NCBI GenBank assembly: GCA_007130045.1
Contig: SLTG01000021.1
Span: forward strand, 355 to 64,354
Length of the DNA: 64,000 nt
Source of the DNA: Opitutales bacterium
GTDB taxonomy: Bacteria; Verrucomicrobiota; Verrucomicrobiia; Opitutales; T3Sed10-336
Direction: 5' to 3'
How positions within the stretch are numbered: position 1 is the stretch's first letter; each line of letters opens with the position of its first letter. The notes beneath the pieces are model-generated. The model saw nothing but the letters and a program-made list of their open reading frames with translations, ran no database searches and was not told where the DNA came from. This document shows, piece by piece, positions 62,566 through 64,000 of this stretch. The position numbers and the translations under genes were made by a program.

Positions 62566-63234
62566 ATGAAAAGCTTTACGAACGACGAAGGTGCAAGGGT
62601 CATAGTCAACATGGTCAATGTCATACAAGATAATAAGGAGTATCTCAGCGATATTGATGGGAAAATTGGTGATGGCGATCACGGCATAAACATGAACAAA
62701 GGATTCACCCTCGCCAGGGAAGAATTAAATAACAACCCGGGAAACCTGTCACATGGTCTTGAGACTTTATCCAAAGTCCTGTCCCTTAAAATCGGCGGCA
62801 GCATGGGGCCTTTGTACGGATTCTTTTTCAAGGCAATGGGCCGTTCGATCGCTGAAAAGGAGAGTATCAAAGCGGACGATCTAAGGGAGATGCTAGATGC
62901 GGGACTGGGGGCCGTTCAGAAGACATCCAACGCACAAGTTGGTGACAAAACGTTGATGGACGTTTTGATCCCTTCGGTTGAAGCCTATAAAAAAAGTCTG
63001 AATGATGGAAATTCCTTCCATGCCGCCCTGGATGATTTGAAGGCCGCGGCTATCCAGGGAAAGGATTCCACGGAAAACATGGTGTCTCAAATTGGCCGCT
63101 CCAGCCGTTTGGGTGAACGGTCCAAGGGAGTAATTGACCCCGGTGCGGCTTCGTGTTGTCTGATTCTTTGTTCTATGGCTGAGACCGTTCAGGAGTTATT
63201 ACAAGAAAGCTCAGGCAAACGAAATCCAAATTGA
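62566..63234 (+). CDS. dhaL: Dihydroxyacetone kinase DhaL subunit
   Basis: IGDGDHGINM, GGSMGPLYG, GDKTLMD and GRSSRLGERS.G.IDPGA. Confidence 0.93.
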   Translation: MKSFTNDEGARVIVNMVNVIQDNKEYLSDIDGKIGDGDHGINMNKGFTLAREELNNNPGNLSHGLETLSKVLSLKIGGSMGPLYGFFFKAMGRSIAEKESIKADDLREMLDAGLGAVQKTSNAQVGDKTLMDVLIPSVEAYKKSLNDGNSFHAALDDLKAAAIQGKDSTENMVSQIGRSSRLGERSKGVIDPGAASCCLILCSMAETVQELLQESSGKRNPN

Positions 63235-63291
63235 TTCGGTGTGCCGGTTTCCATTGAAATTATTCAGGATATACTTCGGAGATTTTAACAG

Positions 63292-64000
63292 ATGATTGAC
63301 GTAAATAAAAGTAAAGAGCCCAAACAAGCGGTTATTATCGGGTTTTTAAGTAAAACACAGGACCGTTTTGCAGAATACCAGCAACCATTGTCCACCCGGG
63401 AAAGATTGGAGATAGTTACGAAAATTGATGGATTCAGCGGTGCCGAAATAGTCTACCCATATGAAACCGGGGATGCTTCCGAGACCAGACAATGGCTGAA
63501 GGAGCTCAATCTTGAGATTGCTGCTATAAACGTAAACATAAAAAAGGAAAAAGAATGGGTGGCGGGTGCTCTCAGCAGACCCCGAAAACAGATACGTGAT
63601 CGTGCCGTTGAAATGATCAGGAAATCAAAGGATTATGCAAAACAAATCGGAGCTCCACTTGTCACTTGCTGCCCGTTAAGTGACGGTTATGATTTGCTTT
63701 TTCAGGTTGACTACAAAAACGCCTGGAATTTTATGGTGGAAGCATTCGGTGAAGCTGCCGACTATCTGCCCGAAATCCCCCTTTTTATTGAACCAAAATA
63801 TTCTGAAACGCGGGTCCACTGTCAGGTGGATTCGACTTCCAAGGCTTTACTTTTACTCAAAGAAATTGATAATAAAAATACGGGCGTGACACTTGATATA
63901 GGACATTCACTCCAAAGCCAGGAGAACCCCGCTCAAATGCTCGCAACGATTTATGAGTCGGGATTTGATGCCTATATCCATACCAATGATAATGACACAA
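63292..64000 (+). CDS. Xylose-isomerase-like sugar isomerase (partial, runs off the window)
   Basis: Not in the ORF track. Manual translation from ATG 63292 gives ...QDRF...YPYE...SDGYDLLFQVDYKNAW...IEPKYSETR...GVTLDIGH...ENP...HTNDN. Confidence 0.85.
   Translation, partial: MIDVNKSKEPKQAVIIGFLSKTQDRFAEYQQPLSTRERLEIVTKIDGFSGAEIVYPYETGDASETRQWLKELNLEIAAINVNIKKEKEWVAGALSRPRKQIRDRAVEMIRKSKDYAKQIGAPLVTCCPLSDGYDLLFQVDYKNAWNFMVEAFGEAADYLPEIPLFIEPKYSETRVHCQVDSTSKALLLLKEIDNKNTGVTLDIGHSLQSQENPAQMLATIYESGFDAYIHTNDNDT

Overview
This is a GC-rich bacterial chromosome segment. It is most likely from Verrucomicrobiota (Opitutia-like), inferred from the double-length UvrA, alpha2-type GlyQS, SHD1 protein, several sulfatases and paired PilT genes. 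A housekeeping backbone (uvrA, glyQS, parA-like, rpiB, two pilT-family genes, phnDCE-like ABC transporter, eno) is interleaved with accessory genes. These include an alginate-lyase-family gene, a Kelch protein, a Zn-alcohol dehydrogenase with a probable microcompartment encapsulation peptide, a decayed thiolase/fadJ/acyl-CoA dehydrogenase operon, an AT-rich glycoside-hydrolase-like gene and a large S8 protease. From about 40.5 kb to the end lies a carbohydrate-oriented accessory block: GH43, two sulfatases, a TTT transporter, a GHL6/GH151-like hydrolase and an AT-rich epimerase/RpiB/DhaK/DhaL/isomerase cluster. The most striking element is a co-oriented cluster at 45.3-54.2 kb. It encodes a secreted Fn3-associated protein, an FG-GAP/ASPIC-UnbV propeller and a membrane-anchored PQQ-like propeller. 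Its last gene is a rifampicin-phosphotransferase/PigC-like dikinase fused to what looks like a DUF106/EMC3/TMCO1 (Oxa1-superfamily) membrane domain. I recognised no rRNA, tRNA or CRISPR array. All family calls come from motif recognition by eye, not from database searches.
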